Of a stretch of DNA of 64,000 nt, positions 25,101 to 37,490 are shown one piece after another (the stretch's first letter is position 1; every line of letters starts with the position of its first letter). The translations under genes and the position numbers were made by a program. Source of the stretch: Takakia lepidozioides (taxonomy: Eukaryota > Plantae > Bryophyta). A model generated the notes under the pieces. It was not told where the DNA came from and made no database searches. It worked only from the letters and a program-made list of their open reading frames with translations. The stretch lies in NCBI GenBank assembly GCA_030704615.1, contig CM060733.1, forward strand, positions 9,300,001 to 9,364,000. The letters are read 5' to 3'.

Positions 25101-28100
25101 GTGACGAGCCATTGATTATGTCACCGGACCCCGTTAACAATCGTCGTGAGCTGGTGTCCCAGAATGTCACCCAGGATCTGGTTCTGGATGTAGGTAACAA
25201 CTGACAATTAGTGAAAGTTTATTCGTACATACTTCTGAATACAATATGACAATATTGTAACTATACATACTTGTGAGTGGAATAATCCAAATGTTATTTC
25301 CATATGACAATATTGTAATTATATATAATCCCAATGTATTTCCCATATCCGTCTTTCTGGACTTCCGAATAAAACATATTTTCACCCGGATACATATTTC
25401 CGTTCGCACACCTTTGTGGACAGCCACTAACCGATTTGAATAACTTTTCTTGTAGATCCAAGAATCCAATTCGAAGGAAATGACACACACAAGAAAAAGA
25501 TCAAAGGACACTCAAACGGTGAAGAGACACGTTGATCTGACAGTGAGGGCCAGGTCACTTGAGCCGGTTCCGCAAGTAACCTCCACTATCCAGTCGACGT
25601 TGCCATCAAGGGATGCAGGGATTGAGTCGGAGAATCCTCCTACTCGCGTGGAACGAGAAGAGACAGAGCACCACAATCACGTAACAACATATCCCGATTC
25701 AGGTAAAACATTGGTTTTTTTCTTATTACTCTTATTATTGGTCTTTCAGTCTAATCTTCGGTATTGCTCAATTCGATAATTTTGTCAGATCATTTTGGAC
25801 CACCATAGTCGTCATCCGTGGGATTTTTCATTAATTTCCTGTAGATTCGTGAGACGACGTCTGAGGAGATCAAACACACGAGGACCGACTCTATCGACAC
25901 TAAGACGGAGAAGAGAAGAATGGATCGAACAATTACTGTCGCTCTATCTGAGCCGGTCATACAAATTACCTCCACTGGACAGTCGAGGTTGCCATCTGGC
26001 TCCACAGAGAAGGACGATAACATTTGACCTAGAGATGGGAAAGAGGAGGAGCAGCCTCCCCAGGGATCTCAGCAGCCCACTCCAAAAACGGTAATGATTT
26101 CAACTCCATTCTTCCGTTTGTCTACTTTGGGATTTTACTCAAATTGAAATTAATAATGAACTTTTATGTTATTCCACAGGACAACATGCATTACCCTCCA
26201 ATCGACTATTCCCTTTCTGTCAATCCAAACGATGTGCACTCCCTTCCTTGGGGACCGAACGGATGCCGGCCAAGATACTACGTCCTGGTTCTGGACATCG
26301 GTTACCTTTGTGAGGTTTTCCTAAAGGATGGAAAGAAAACACCTCCTGCCACCTAGCCTTGTATCTCCGCAGGGAAATTCAAGTTAGGTACGCGAAACGG
26401 TCTTGACGAATTCGTTAAGTGGGCCGTCAAAAAGTTTTCCGTTTGTTTTTGGAACATTGGACCTGAAATAAACGTCGAGACTATCGCCAAGGCCGTGTTC
26501 AGGAAGTACTATTCCCAGGTCAGAACTTACAGCAGTGAGAATTCCGTCATGCATAGATCGACATTCAACGAAAAATGGCCCAAAGCTCCCAAAAATCCCA
26601 TCTACTTTAAACGTCTTCACGACATTTTTGCTGAGGAAGACCCGACGGCTTACAAATCCAATACTCTCCTCATCGACACTGTAGACAATATGTACAAGTC
26701 CTATTTGAACCCGTTAGGACATACCATCTTCCTTCCAAAATATAAGGCGCGCGTGGACCCTGACAAAGATAAATTTCTACTGGAAGAGCTCAAGCCTCAC
26801 CTTAACATGTTCCGGTTATCGGGGATGGATGTCATGCCGTTCAACGACCTACATCCTTTCGACGTTTCGAAGGATTTCTTCGAGGACGACCCAACGGTTA
26901 AATTTCTTAGAGACTTTGATTATAGGTGGCAGAAGTTTCTTAGCAATCTCGAGTTGCGCCGCTGCATTGGGACATAAAATATTTTAACTGAGTTTGGTGA
27001 ACCTCGGCTGTCCAGTGGACGTTCTTGTTCACTTTCATGGTGTCGGTTTTTCCAATGCATTGTATTGTTCCCTTTTATCATCCTAAGTATGAATGACTCT
27101 CTGGCAGATTGGAGCACCTGTTTCTCCTCCTGTGCAAGGGTTGCGTTTGATTATTTTTGATGTGAATGGAGTCTTGTGCAAAATCTTGAAACACCAAAAT
27201 AGCTACAATGTCCCCCGGTTTTCAGAATCGGACTACAGAATTCCAGCTCTTGTCGGATTCCGACTTGTCTTTAGACGGGAGAAATATCGCGAAGTGTGGA
27301 CAGAGTTGCACAAACACTACCGGTTAGGGATTTGGAGCTCTATGATGTACAAGAACTTGCAGCCCATCCTGGATTTTTTGCTTCGTGGTCTACCTCAACC
27401 GGCCTTCGTTATGTCTCAAGAGGATTGTATTTCATGCCCTACTTCGGTTCACCCTCAATTCAAATTAGGATTGGACCCTCCTCATTTGTTTTTGAAGCCA
27501 CTGGTCAAGGTCTGGCAGAGATTTGGTGGGCAATACACCAAGAGTAACACTTTGCTCATTGACGACACCGCCATGAAGTGTGTATTGAACCCGCCTCATG
27601 TCTTGTTCTCAAACCGTTCCAGACCGTTGAGACTGATGGTTGCTATCTTCTTAAGGTTCTTCAGACCTATTTGCTTGGAATGAGGAAATATCCTACTGTT
27701 TCAAGCTATCTTAGGAAGAAAATGATAGGGTTGAGTCTTTTTCCCAATGTTTCAAACGATCCCAAGTTTAGCCCACTCTGGGATTTTATTGAGGACAACG
27801 GTTTTAAGAGTCTCAAATATGATGCCTCAAAATAAATTATTTTTGATCAATCCCATCTCACTCGAGCTATTGAATATCCTCATGGTTTCTCTTTTTCATT
27901 TCCTTGTAATCACACACGTGAAAGATATGGTACTCTCATTTTAACTCATTTTCAGTTGAATTCTTGACGCATATTCCGGGCAATCCCAAGACTCTGATAT
28001 AGACCTTCATACGGGGACAAAACTATATCTAGTGACCTCCACTGTTCAGTGGAGGTTCGCATTCGTGCATTCCCGGATTTATGATTATGTCTCTTTGGCA

Positions 28101-30460
28101 GGTTCAAGGAGATGCTGACAACGTCATCGGTTCCTCAAGTCCCCTAAAGGAACCCTCCGGATCAGCTGTGAGTCGGAGTATTGAAGGCTTTCCGAGGGTT
28201 CACGATGGTGCTCAAATTGAGGATGGATCCTCTGTCAGACCCTTGTCCTCTCGGGAAGCAGACGATACTCTTCTCCTCTCGGGTCTTCCTGGGGGTAAAG
28301 TCCAAGGTCCAGGTGAAGAACACAAATATCCCGGAGACTTTATCGACCTTTCCGAACATTCCTCACCCTCCCTGTTCAGTACGCAGGGTCTGGTCTATCC
28401 AACCGTCGGGGACTCAGCTACGGCTCCGCTGCACCTGCTTCCGTCTCTTCCTCGCATATCTCCCCAGCACGAGGGTTGGATAGCCCAAATCCGCAAGAGT
28501 CAGGTGACTTAAACTCATTTCTCACTCCTTGCTCATTTTCCTAGTTTCACTTAGTTTGGGGTCTGATATTCATCTGTAGCTCCAGGTAAGAAAATCTGCA
28601 GATTATGACCTTCCTGTCAAACGACGTCTGCATTGGAATGTAGTTCCGAGGTAAATTATTCTTTCGTTGCGTTTTCATTCCATCCAGGATGTCGAGTGCT
28701 CAAGGGACAATTTTATGTGCTTGCCTGTTGTTGCCCCTCCACTTCTCCCCTCGTTCAATGACAACACATCTCCAACATCGACACAGCGTGACCCTGAACT
28801 GCTCGCACAATGTTCTGCACCAAAGAGGCGAAAAACACCCCCCGAACCATTTCTTTCCTCTGCAGGGAATCATTCCAAAAGACAAAAGGCTGACAAGAAA
28901 AAAAGAGCGGACTCCAAACACATGAGGACTCCCTCGGATGTTGTGGCGCCTCGTCAATCCAAGCCCGCGGGAATCCACTGTTCTTCTGCAAGACATTCCA
29001 ATAAGGCTTCAATGGTACATTTCAAAACAATTTCTCTACTTTCGTTTGCAGTTTTTTTTTTTTTTTTTTTTTTTTTTGTAATTTCTATACAAGCGAGTAT
29101 GGAGCCGCATAACTTCTTGAATGCGCCTCCCGACAAGGTGCGTCCACTAACCTCCACTTGACAGCCGACGTTCATCTTTTCGTGATCTCGAACTCTTCGA
29201 TATATGGTCTACTCTTGGTCCTTTACAGTAGTCCATTGTCGGGATACTTATGTGTCCGAAAACGTAGAGGTCACTCTGAAACTAAGGAACACTACATTGT
29301 GTTGTTTCTGATGGCGGGAACACTTAAATTGCGCAGGTTGGTATCGTCCATCAACCTTCATTTGCAACATCAAGGAAACGGATGCTGTTAATATTGAGTG
29401 TCAACGGTCTCCTTTGCTACCGGCCACCTCCAACCGGCGGTGAATTGTTTAAGGAGAGATTTCGTTTCAGGAAAGTTACAGTTCATGTTCCCGAAAGACC
29501 TTTTGTGGTTCCCCGGCCGGAGTCTTGGAGTTTCTCAACCTTGTGTTCATGCATTTTCACGTGGCGATCTGGTCATGTGTTGAAAGACATGTTCTTTGTA
29601 GGATGTTCGAGTGTTTAGTTCCTACGAAAATTGCGAAGAAATTTTGCTTCATCTGGTCAGCTGAGGATTGCAAAGACACTACCGGTTATATCATGCCTGG
29701 GATGAAATATCTCGTTAAGGATATTCGCACTGTTCTTGCCAAGTACCCTGGTACACCCTTTGCAACGCAGGGACAAATACTCATTGTTGATGATGAGCTA
29801 TCAAAGGGCCTCCGAAACCCACCAAATATTGGATTCTTCCTTATTTCATACAAGCCATCATCAAAGAGATTGGTTGACCAGGATGATATGACAAAAGCTG
29901 TGTGGCCATATATATTGAAAATGGCTGCAGCTTCAACAGTTGTAGATTACATCAGCGAGAACCCTGCCAAGTGTTCTCGTAAGCCTATTGGTCGTGACCA
30001 TGCCTATTGGGCTTGGTATGGAAGATATGTTGATCCTCGTGTTTGGATCCCACAACAAAAAGAACCTGATTACCTTGGTATGTACTTATCTCACTGTTTG
30101 TTGTTTATGGAGAATTTGATCTTGAAAGTGTCTTCTACTTGCACTTTTACTTTATCATTTTTTCTACAAATGTTCCACATTTCAGCTGACATTTGTCATA
30201 TGAAAAATTGTTTTGCCCAGTCACATTCAAGGAGCGAATTCGAAAAGAAGAATAAGAGCTTTGTGATTGGCAAGAATGGCGGGCTTCCCGGCAGGCTTCA
30301 AGGGCATCAAGAGATTCAACAAGTAGAGTTCCAAGTAACATTTCGGATGATAATGTTACTACTAGGTTCGAGTTCTCTGAAAGTATTTCCGTTTCATCTG
30401 GTGCGGAGACCGTTGCAAGTGGTTGTGGTAACCGGAGGCGTCTTCGAACACATGCCTTGA
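22130..30460 (+). pseudogene. Large multi-exon transposon cargo gene: helical region, MTase-like segment, D/E tract, three FCP1/NIF-like HAD domains
   Basis: A series of + ORFs is bounded by plausible GT/AG sites. HAD1 ~26270-26900: VLVLDIGYL..RNGLDEFV..FSVCFW..NTLLID. HAD2 ~27140-27830: LIIFDVNGVL..LGIWSS..NTLLIDDT..NP. HAD3 ~29380-30080: LLILSVNGLL..RP..EFL..VAIWS..LIVDDE..NP. There are in-frame stops and frameshifts. Confidence 0.75.
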
Positions 30461-31006
30461 CTGCGAGCCGTTTGGGAGGAGGCTCTGTAATATTAATGGG
30501 TTAGCGTAAGCCGTTGTATGGCTTCGAGCCGCTGGATAACATTAAGTCCAACGGATGTACAGTTGACGTTACATTAGGTCTGACTGCAACGCCAAAGTTG
30601 CAATCTCTAATAAAATATGAATGTTTATCATCAATGTATGCAGACACATTCTTCCATATCATCCTCTTCATCACATGCCATGATTGTTCTATGTTTGGTT
30701 TTGTATGTCATCTGATATGACAACCATTTTCTGCAAAAAGTTTTACATATCTGACCTCACATCATTGTGTAATTTATTGCATCCTCCCATTTTTTTCGTG
30801 AACGTCAACTTGGCAGTGGATGTTCTTCTAAAACCACAATACATACTTATATTGTCTCCAAAAAATGTTTGGAGGATTATATTGTGTATAAAATAACCAA
30901 AATAATCATATATATCGCTTCATTTCAATAATAAATTTTTGTTTATTCATATTTCTCATATTATTTCTGGACCAAACAAAAGTCCAGAATTAGTTAAAAT
31001 AGTGTT

Positions 31007-32686
31007 AATTGTGTAGTCAACCAAAGTTATGGCCATTAGTTGCTCACCGACGCTTTAACTGTGGCAATAACTGTTGCAATTCCAGCGAGAGATTGCAAAG
31101 ATGATGATTGAAGACAGGTTTGTCGAAGCCCCACAAACTAATGAGTTTAACAGTGAGTTGGTTAATTTAGTGTTGGAATGAAAAAAGAAGTGATTGCAGG
31201 TGTTTTGTCACATTTCTTGGCTTTCATGCATAAGTATGACAAGTTAAAAGCCCATACTATGCTTGTTTTGATGCTTGATCTTTGCTTCAAAAATATGGCT
31301 TTGGTATGAAATCTTTACATCTTTTGTTTTTCACATGTTTCCAAGCTTTGGTACCATCTAACCCCTTGGATAGTGATTATGGTCGAGTACATGGCAACAT
31401 TCATGATTTATTCAAGACCTCCGAAACAACGGCTGAAACCACCAAAGACATTGTCAGCCGAGAGTTGTCTTTGTTTCGATCGTATTTGCAATTGATCGAG
31501 AGAATTGCACTAATCCCTTGACCTGGTGGAGGTCTCATGAACTACAGTTTTCAACTATTGGTCATCTGGCTCGCCAGATATTGGACATTGTTGGTAGCCA
31601 AATTGAGACAGAACGAATATTTTCTATTGCTGGAATCCTCACTGCATTACGTCGTTATCGTTTGCAAATAAACAATCTTGACAAAATGATCTTTGATGCC
31701 AAAAATTGGCCTAATGATCTGAGAGAGGGTTGCTAGAGTTTCAAAGCGTTGGCTGATATGAAGGAGTTTGAGGAGGAAAAGCAGCTTGACAAGGAATTTG
31801 CATATGATAAAATTGAATGTGGGGAATTTCCAAAGGGTGATGAGACTTTCTAGTGTTGTGCTAACATGGTAAAATAAATTTCACTTCTTCTTACCTTTAC
31901 ACTGTTATTTAGCAATCCATCCATTTATATCAAAGTCATATGTGTTGATTGGGTCTTCTACTGGTTTGTCTTTACAGTACTTTGAAGCGACAAGAAAGGC
32001 TCTACAATGACAATCCATGCCATGGGATTATAGTAGCTGCCTAAAGTGTGTAGGGTATACAAAAATCAGTGCATTTGAAGGTATTGATGTATGTGTGTAT
32101 CATTGTATGGGTTCAACGGTCTGAAAATATAGACAACAAAATTTTGTGATGGTTGTAATTGTGTGAATGTTGTAGTATTTCTTGAGATCATTGATTAGTA
32201 CCCTACATAATGCGAAAATTTATATGAAACCAATATGTTAACTAAGATGTCCATTATTGATCATGTGGACGACCCAATTTCAAGGGCTAACCATCTCGCA
32301 TGGTTGGTCAATTCATGTTTGGCATTTATTTTTACTTTTAAAATTATTTATTTATCTTTTCATCATTTTAATGTGCAAATTTTTATTTTATAAATAGTTC
32401 ATATACATGACTGCAATATTACCGCTTTCAAGGACCGCCAATTTTACCGGTTGTGAAGTATATTGAACTTCCATAACCGGTTCAAGAAACCGTCCTTGCA
32501 AAGGTCTTTAATAACCGGAATTAGACTTAATGGGGTTTTTTGAAACTATCAAAGAATTGCCTTCGGTAGGTTATTTAATTTTTTATTTTGTCCATGTAAC
32601 CGCCTCCGGAGGATCTAAGGAAGGGCCAATGAGCAAAGAACGTGCACCCTAGGAGCTCACAAAAATCTGATAACCGCCCAACACTG
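31007..32686 (+). mobile_element. hAT element, 3' part: transposase C-terminus/dimerisation domain and right terminus
   Basis: The frame resumes NCVVNQSYGH*LLTDAL..MLDL..WWRSHELQFSTIGHLARQILDIVGSQIETERIFSIAG (31518-31736). AACCG subterminal repeats lie at 32420-32680, and the end ...AACCGCCCAACACTG (reverse complement CAGTGTTGGGCGGTT) is at 32686. Confidence 0.85.
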
Positions 32687-33491
32687 GTGATGATGAGCTC
32701 AGATCCTGTTACCATTAGGTAGAGGAATTTGACGGCACCGGTCCAGGTAAAATTCTCTTCACATCAAAAGCCTGGAACCGTCCCCATTTCATGTTTAAGA
32801 AAAAAACCGATTTTGGGTTTTCATATGCCATGCAATATAGAACATTAACAAGAAAAAAAAATCAAGACAACAAAAAATACGAAAAGAGGGATTCCAGGCA
32901 TAAGCTTTGAATGTCTTACACTTGTCACTGTCATTGCTCGTTGAAGCTTGCACACCAAGCGTGTTGGAAGGTTGGATATTTATTTTGACTATCTTCGGAG
33001 GCGTCTTGGAAGGCTGGTTACTTGTTCTGACTAGGGACTTCTTTGTGGACAACCAACCATCATCAAAATCTAATGAGCATTGCTCTCGCCCTAGGAAGAT
33101 CCACAATGATCATTTTCAGTGCATTTTTTCAAGTTCTTTCTTTTTTCCAGGAACCTTTTATTTTGGTTTAAAATGTTGTTCGGGCACCCGGGCGATTATG
33201 TGGAACGAGAAAAGTCCGGCTCCTGTTCCAGTCTGGTTCTTCAACATTGAGGATGTTCCCGTTCTAGTATTTGCTGGAAAAAGTTATCAGGTCCAGTTTA
33301 GGTTCCAATTACATAAATATATTATTAGAAAAATATATTTAAAAAATAGATTATTCATTTCCCTGGAATTTAGAAAGTGAAGTTCTATTGCTCAACTGAG
33401 TATTAATAGATCTAGTCAATAGTCAGCATTTAGTGCCACCCAAATAAGTATCGGTTCAAATCCTACTACCATTGGGTGTCAAGGTATGATC

Positions 33492-34411
33492 CAGTGTTGT
33501 GCGGATAGATGATTTATCCGGATTTACCCGGTGGATAAATCAGGATAAGGGTAAATGATTTACCCGAGTTGGCCCATTTCATGTACCCTTACACTTACCC
33601 TTCGGATGGGTAAATAATTTGAGATACCCTTACCCTTACCCATCTGAAGGATAAATAATTTCCATATACCCTTTACCCGTAGGTAAATATAAATTTTTGG
33701 AGGGTAAATAGCAAAAGGATCAATAAAAAATTCTTCTTCATCCAAGGGCCTTCACTCAAGGGTCCTTGTACAAGCATCCTCCCTCTATCACCATCTCCAA
33801 GGGTGTACCATTATTGTGCACGCGTACCATTGTACCATTGTCCTCCATACCATATAAGGGCTTCATCTCTATGAAAAGCTTTGGGTTTGTGTCAAGAGTC
33901 ACTTTGCTTAGAGTGCACGGGCGGGCATTTTCCAATGGTCTCAACTCAACTTGGATCTAGGAGGCACTAGTTTCGTGGTCGAGGCACTCGAACATGGTCT
34001 TATTGAGCTTTGTTTGATTATTATCTTTGGTGTGAAGAAACACGCTCATGATCATCCCTCATATTATTCACAACATATGATACAATCAGCCTTGTACTAA
34101 ACCAAAAAATAAACCAAAAATTGATTACCTTAATTAACTAGTTATATTTTTTGAGTTGAGCATAACAAATATATATATATATCCTACAATATATCCTTTA
34201 TTTATCCGGCGGGTATAGAAAGGGTAAATCATTTATCCCTAGCCGCTATTTATCCTTACCGGGTCAAAAATATTGGCCTTTACCCTCTACCCGTAGGATA
34301 AATAAATGGACATATAAATAATTTACCCTTACCCGGAGGATAAATAATCCTCTGATTCTATTTACCCTTACCCGGGGGATAAGCAAAAATATATTTACGT
34401 GCACAACAATG
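33492..34411. mobile_element. Non-autonomous hAT element (920 bp)
   Basis: TIRs CAGTGTTGTGC / GCACAACAATG (10/11 match), a perfect 8-bp TSD GTATGATC (33484-33491 and 34412-34419), and dense TACCC/GGATAAAT subterminal repeats. Confidence 0.93.
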
Positions 34412-37411
34412 GTATGATCCTCCCCTACAAGAAAGATGTTGTTTTCTCTGCTCGTTGCAATTAAGAGTCGTTCTTGGTGGTTTTTCTCCTTTTAGAGAAT
34501 AATTATATTATCATAAAACTTATTATTATTTAAAAAAGGGAAACACCGGGCAACAACTGCCCAGTGAGAGGATAATGGGCACATACATACCACCTCAAAA
34601 GTGGTTGTGGGTTCAATCCACCAATTGTTGTCACAAAGGTGTCCACAAGGTTGCAAATCTGCAGTAAAATCCAGTCAGCCATCCCAATCTAGAACCCTTT
34701 TATGTAAAAGGGAAAGATCAAAAGGACCTGAGGATTGGAGATCGCTACCAATGTCCACCACACCTCCAGAAGGAGAAGGGGTCCATGTATCTTGCTCTAG
34801 TATCTCCCATAGGGTTGGTTCTTTCAAATCCACGGCCACGCCCATATATAGGAAGCTCTCCCACGAGTAACACTTCTTCCAACAACTCTAGTTCTACCAC
34901 CTCTGCCTCTACTAGTATGTCCCGAGTAGGGGCGAGGTTCATTGGTGCAGGAGCAACCTTTTGTCGCTTGAGGCAAGATTGAGGGAGAAGCTTACTTAGA
35001 GTAAACACAGGAGGCTTTATGAGCTGCTCAATCTTCCTCACAAAGGCAGCATCACCATGCTTCTGGAGTAATGTAGCATTAGGATTATTTGTCAGCTCTT
35101 GCTTAGGCGAATGGTCATGCCTTGAATGGACTCACACTTCTTTGGATCAAAAGAAGAGATGGGAAAAGCGGTGGCCAGTTTCAAATCAGCTTTTGGAAAT
35201 TGCAGACCGTGCAATGCAGCAAGTCTACATGCTTCCATTTCAGCATCTGAAATTGCCCACCAAATTTTCCACGTCAGGAGAAATGGGTGCAAGCAAATAG
35301 ATGTTGGGTAATAGCTACATTGTGACCCTTATCCGCTACCAACCACTCAACAAATCTTGTAGGAGTCAAAAGAGGCTCCACTCCCAAACTTGTCAAGTTC
35401 TCGCAGTCCATTTCCCTTTGAGACTCCTGATCATCCTCATAAAACTTGGTGAGCGAAATCAGCTCCTTTGCAGGGACATTGAGCATGGCTGAATGCGACA
35501 AAATTTTGGGTTGTTTTGTGATTCTGGGTTGTTGATGCCAACAAGGGTAGCTTGAACCGCAACAATGGGAGATGGTAATGGATCCTTATACCCAAGTGCA
35601 GACAAAGGTGCAAGCCAGACATGAACACAAACACACCAAGGACACCCATACCAAGGACCCGCACACAAGATCAATAGATAACCAGACTATGGAAAAAGTA
35701 CCAAATGGAGTATAGTATGGGCAAGAGAGAATTAGGGCTAGTCATGTCAATTCTAGTAAAGATTCAGTCTGAATCAGACTGCTTCTTTTATTTAAAGACA
35801 TCATCAACCTTGAAACAAGGCCCCATCGATCAATAAATTCCAGTAGCCAATAGTTATGTGCAGATCAAGTCAAAGCGAGTATGTAGGTGGTAATTGGAAT
35901 TCCATCTAAGAATACGACACAAAATCAACAGAAGCAGAAACCAACATTCCTTTTTGCTCTTATCCAAGACTAAGTGGATGGGAGGGTGGCCAGAAGTCAC
36001 ATACCCATCACCTTATGTCTAGGAGGGAACCACCAATCTAGAAGGGCCCAGGTATAGCTCAATAGATACCTTAAGAACTTTGTGGTACCAACATACCAAT
36101 ACATATTTGATAGAGTAGTACTTGAGGTTTAGCCAAAGGATCACATGACATGAGATTGTCATGGTCCTCTTCATCCATAAGATAGAAATGTCAATTGAGA
36201 ATAGCCACCACTTCCTGTGAGGGGTGTGGTCAGCCCTATTGAAGCTCCTAAGTACATCAAAAGACCGCAAAGACTGAGGATAGTAAACACAACAAAGTGG
36301 CAAACCATTAGCCTCTTTGAAGTCTCTTCCGCGAGCTTGTAGAGGAGTGAGAGAGGAGTCAAGCCTAAAAGAAAGGGCTGGAACCTCACCTAGTCCCATC
36401 ACAAGCACCCATACAACTAATAGGTTAGTGACTCTTGTGGAATACTAGGCTTTTTAAGCCCAACCCATTTGTTATCGATTTCCACTTTTAACCAAGCTTA
36501 TCCACAGGCAGTGTATAGAAGAAGTCCTCTAAAGACCATCATTTCAGAGATGGAAGCTCTAAATGATGTCAACTACTTCCAAGCACATCAACTTGAGAGG
36601 GTGAGACTGCATGCAATGGCAAGACTTCTCATCAAAGACACAAAATCTGGAGAGGTAGGGATAGAACCTTGAAGTGTGCCATGCTCCCAATCTGAATTTT
36701 AGGGTTTGTCTGATTTGGGCATTTGTGATTGCTTTGGTGGTCCAAAAGTAGTTGGTTAGCTTATGGTCAAGTGCTGTCGATTGGGTCCATTTTTGGATTT
36801 AAGTTTTAGTGTCAGCCAGCGTGACTCTTACCTGTTGGTGAATGTCAGATCTAAGTTTTGGATGGGCATAGGTTCGGATAGGTCTAGGGAGACGTATGTG
36901 AGTAAGAATGGGTGGGTGTGTGCTATATGGATTGGGTCGTTGGGAGGGTCTATTAGAGGGCGAAAGATGTCGTTGGAATAGCTGGAATTGGGTTATCCAT
37001 GGCTTACAAAAGCAGCCGACCATTGGTGGTTTTAACTGTTGGGGGAAGCCTCCTGGGAGTGAAAGTTTCTGAGCAGGTCACCATGCCAGCAAAAAATGAA
37101 AGCTGTGGGTTTGCGGAAACCAGGGTGTCTCTGCCAGCCGCTGTGGAGAAGAAAGTTGATTGCAGATGGGAGGGCAGCCCTTGTGATGAGCTAATTATGG
37201 AACAAACCTGATTCGGTTCACATACTACAAATTGCAAAGGTGGTCATCCCTAACACTCGGCTCATCTTTTCAGTTGTTTACATGTAGGGGTGTGATATCC
37301 TGCAATTGCCGCAGGGTCCACTCTCCCAGCTTCTTCTATGGATGCATTGTCCTGACAAACCAACAAGAGATGATTGATCGCCCTAGGCTCCGTTACAACC
37401 GACACACAAAA

Positions 37412-37490
37412 ATGACGACGATGACATGGCTGACGACGACAACAATGACGTGGCAACGATGACGTGGCTGACGAACGACGATGATGACGT
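37412..37490. repeat. (GAC/GAT)n-like degenerate microsatellite
   Basis: ATGACGACGATGACATGGCTGACGACGACAAC...GACGATGATGACG. Confidence 0.6.

Larger units (their letters stand above)
15191..30824. repeat. Dispersed 24-bp palindrome AACCTCCACTG-NN-CAGTGGAGGTT (~14 copies)
   Basis: Perfect at 21942 and 24406. One to four mismatches at 15191, 17275, 18903, 21027, 25578, 25967, 27000, 28034, 29149 and 30801. More degenerate at 18693 and 19023. A weak half-site lies at 1529. Confidence 0.92.
1305..31006 (-). mobile_element. Giant Sola-like DNA transposon (~29.7 kb with nested inserts, ~17.4 kb native)
   Basis: Left end AACCCTATTTTAATCAATTCTGGACTTTTG versus reverse complement of the right end AACACTATTTTAACTAATTCTGGACTTTTG: 27/30 identical. 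AATT flanks both sides (1301-1304, 31007-31010). Removing the element restores the hAT reading frame. It contains a DDD transposase. Confidence 0.85.

Noticed and set aside
12065-30080. Calling the HAD domains active FCP1/CPL host phosphatase genes
   Set aside because: All lack DxDxT, lie inside transposons, and three carry disabling mutations.
15191-30824. Palindromes as rho-independent terminators, miRNA hairpins or MITEs
   Set aside because: The stem is only 11 bp with a 2-nt loop, with no U-tract and no consistent flanking duplication.
1299-31012. piggyBac reading (TTAA|CCC...GTG|TTAA)
   Set aside because: A TTAA empty site would leave 4 extra bases, a stop and a frameshift in the hAT ORF. 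The AATT site restores it exactly, and the transposase is not piggyBac-like.
32720-33310. Possible MITE with ACCGG/GGTTCC motifs
   Set aside because: No matching TIR pair or TSD found.
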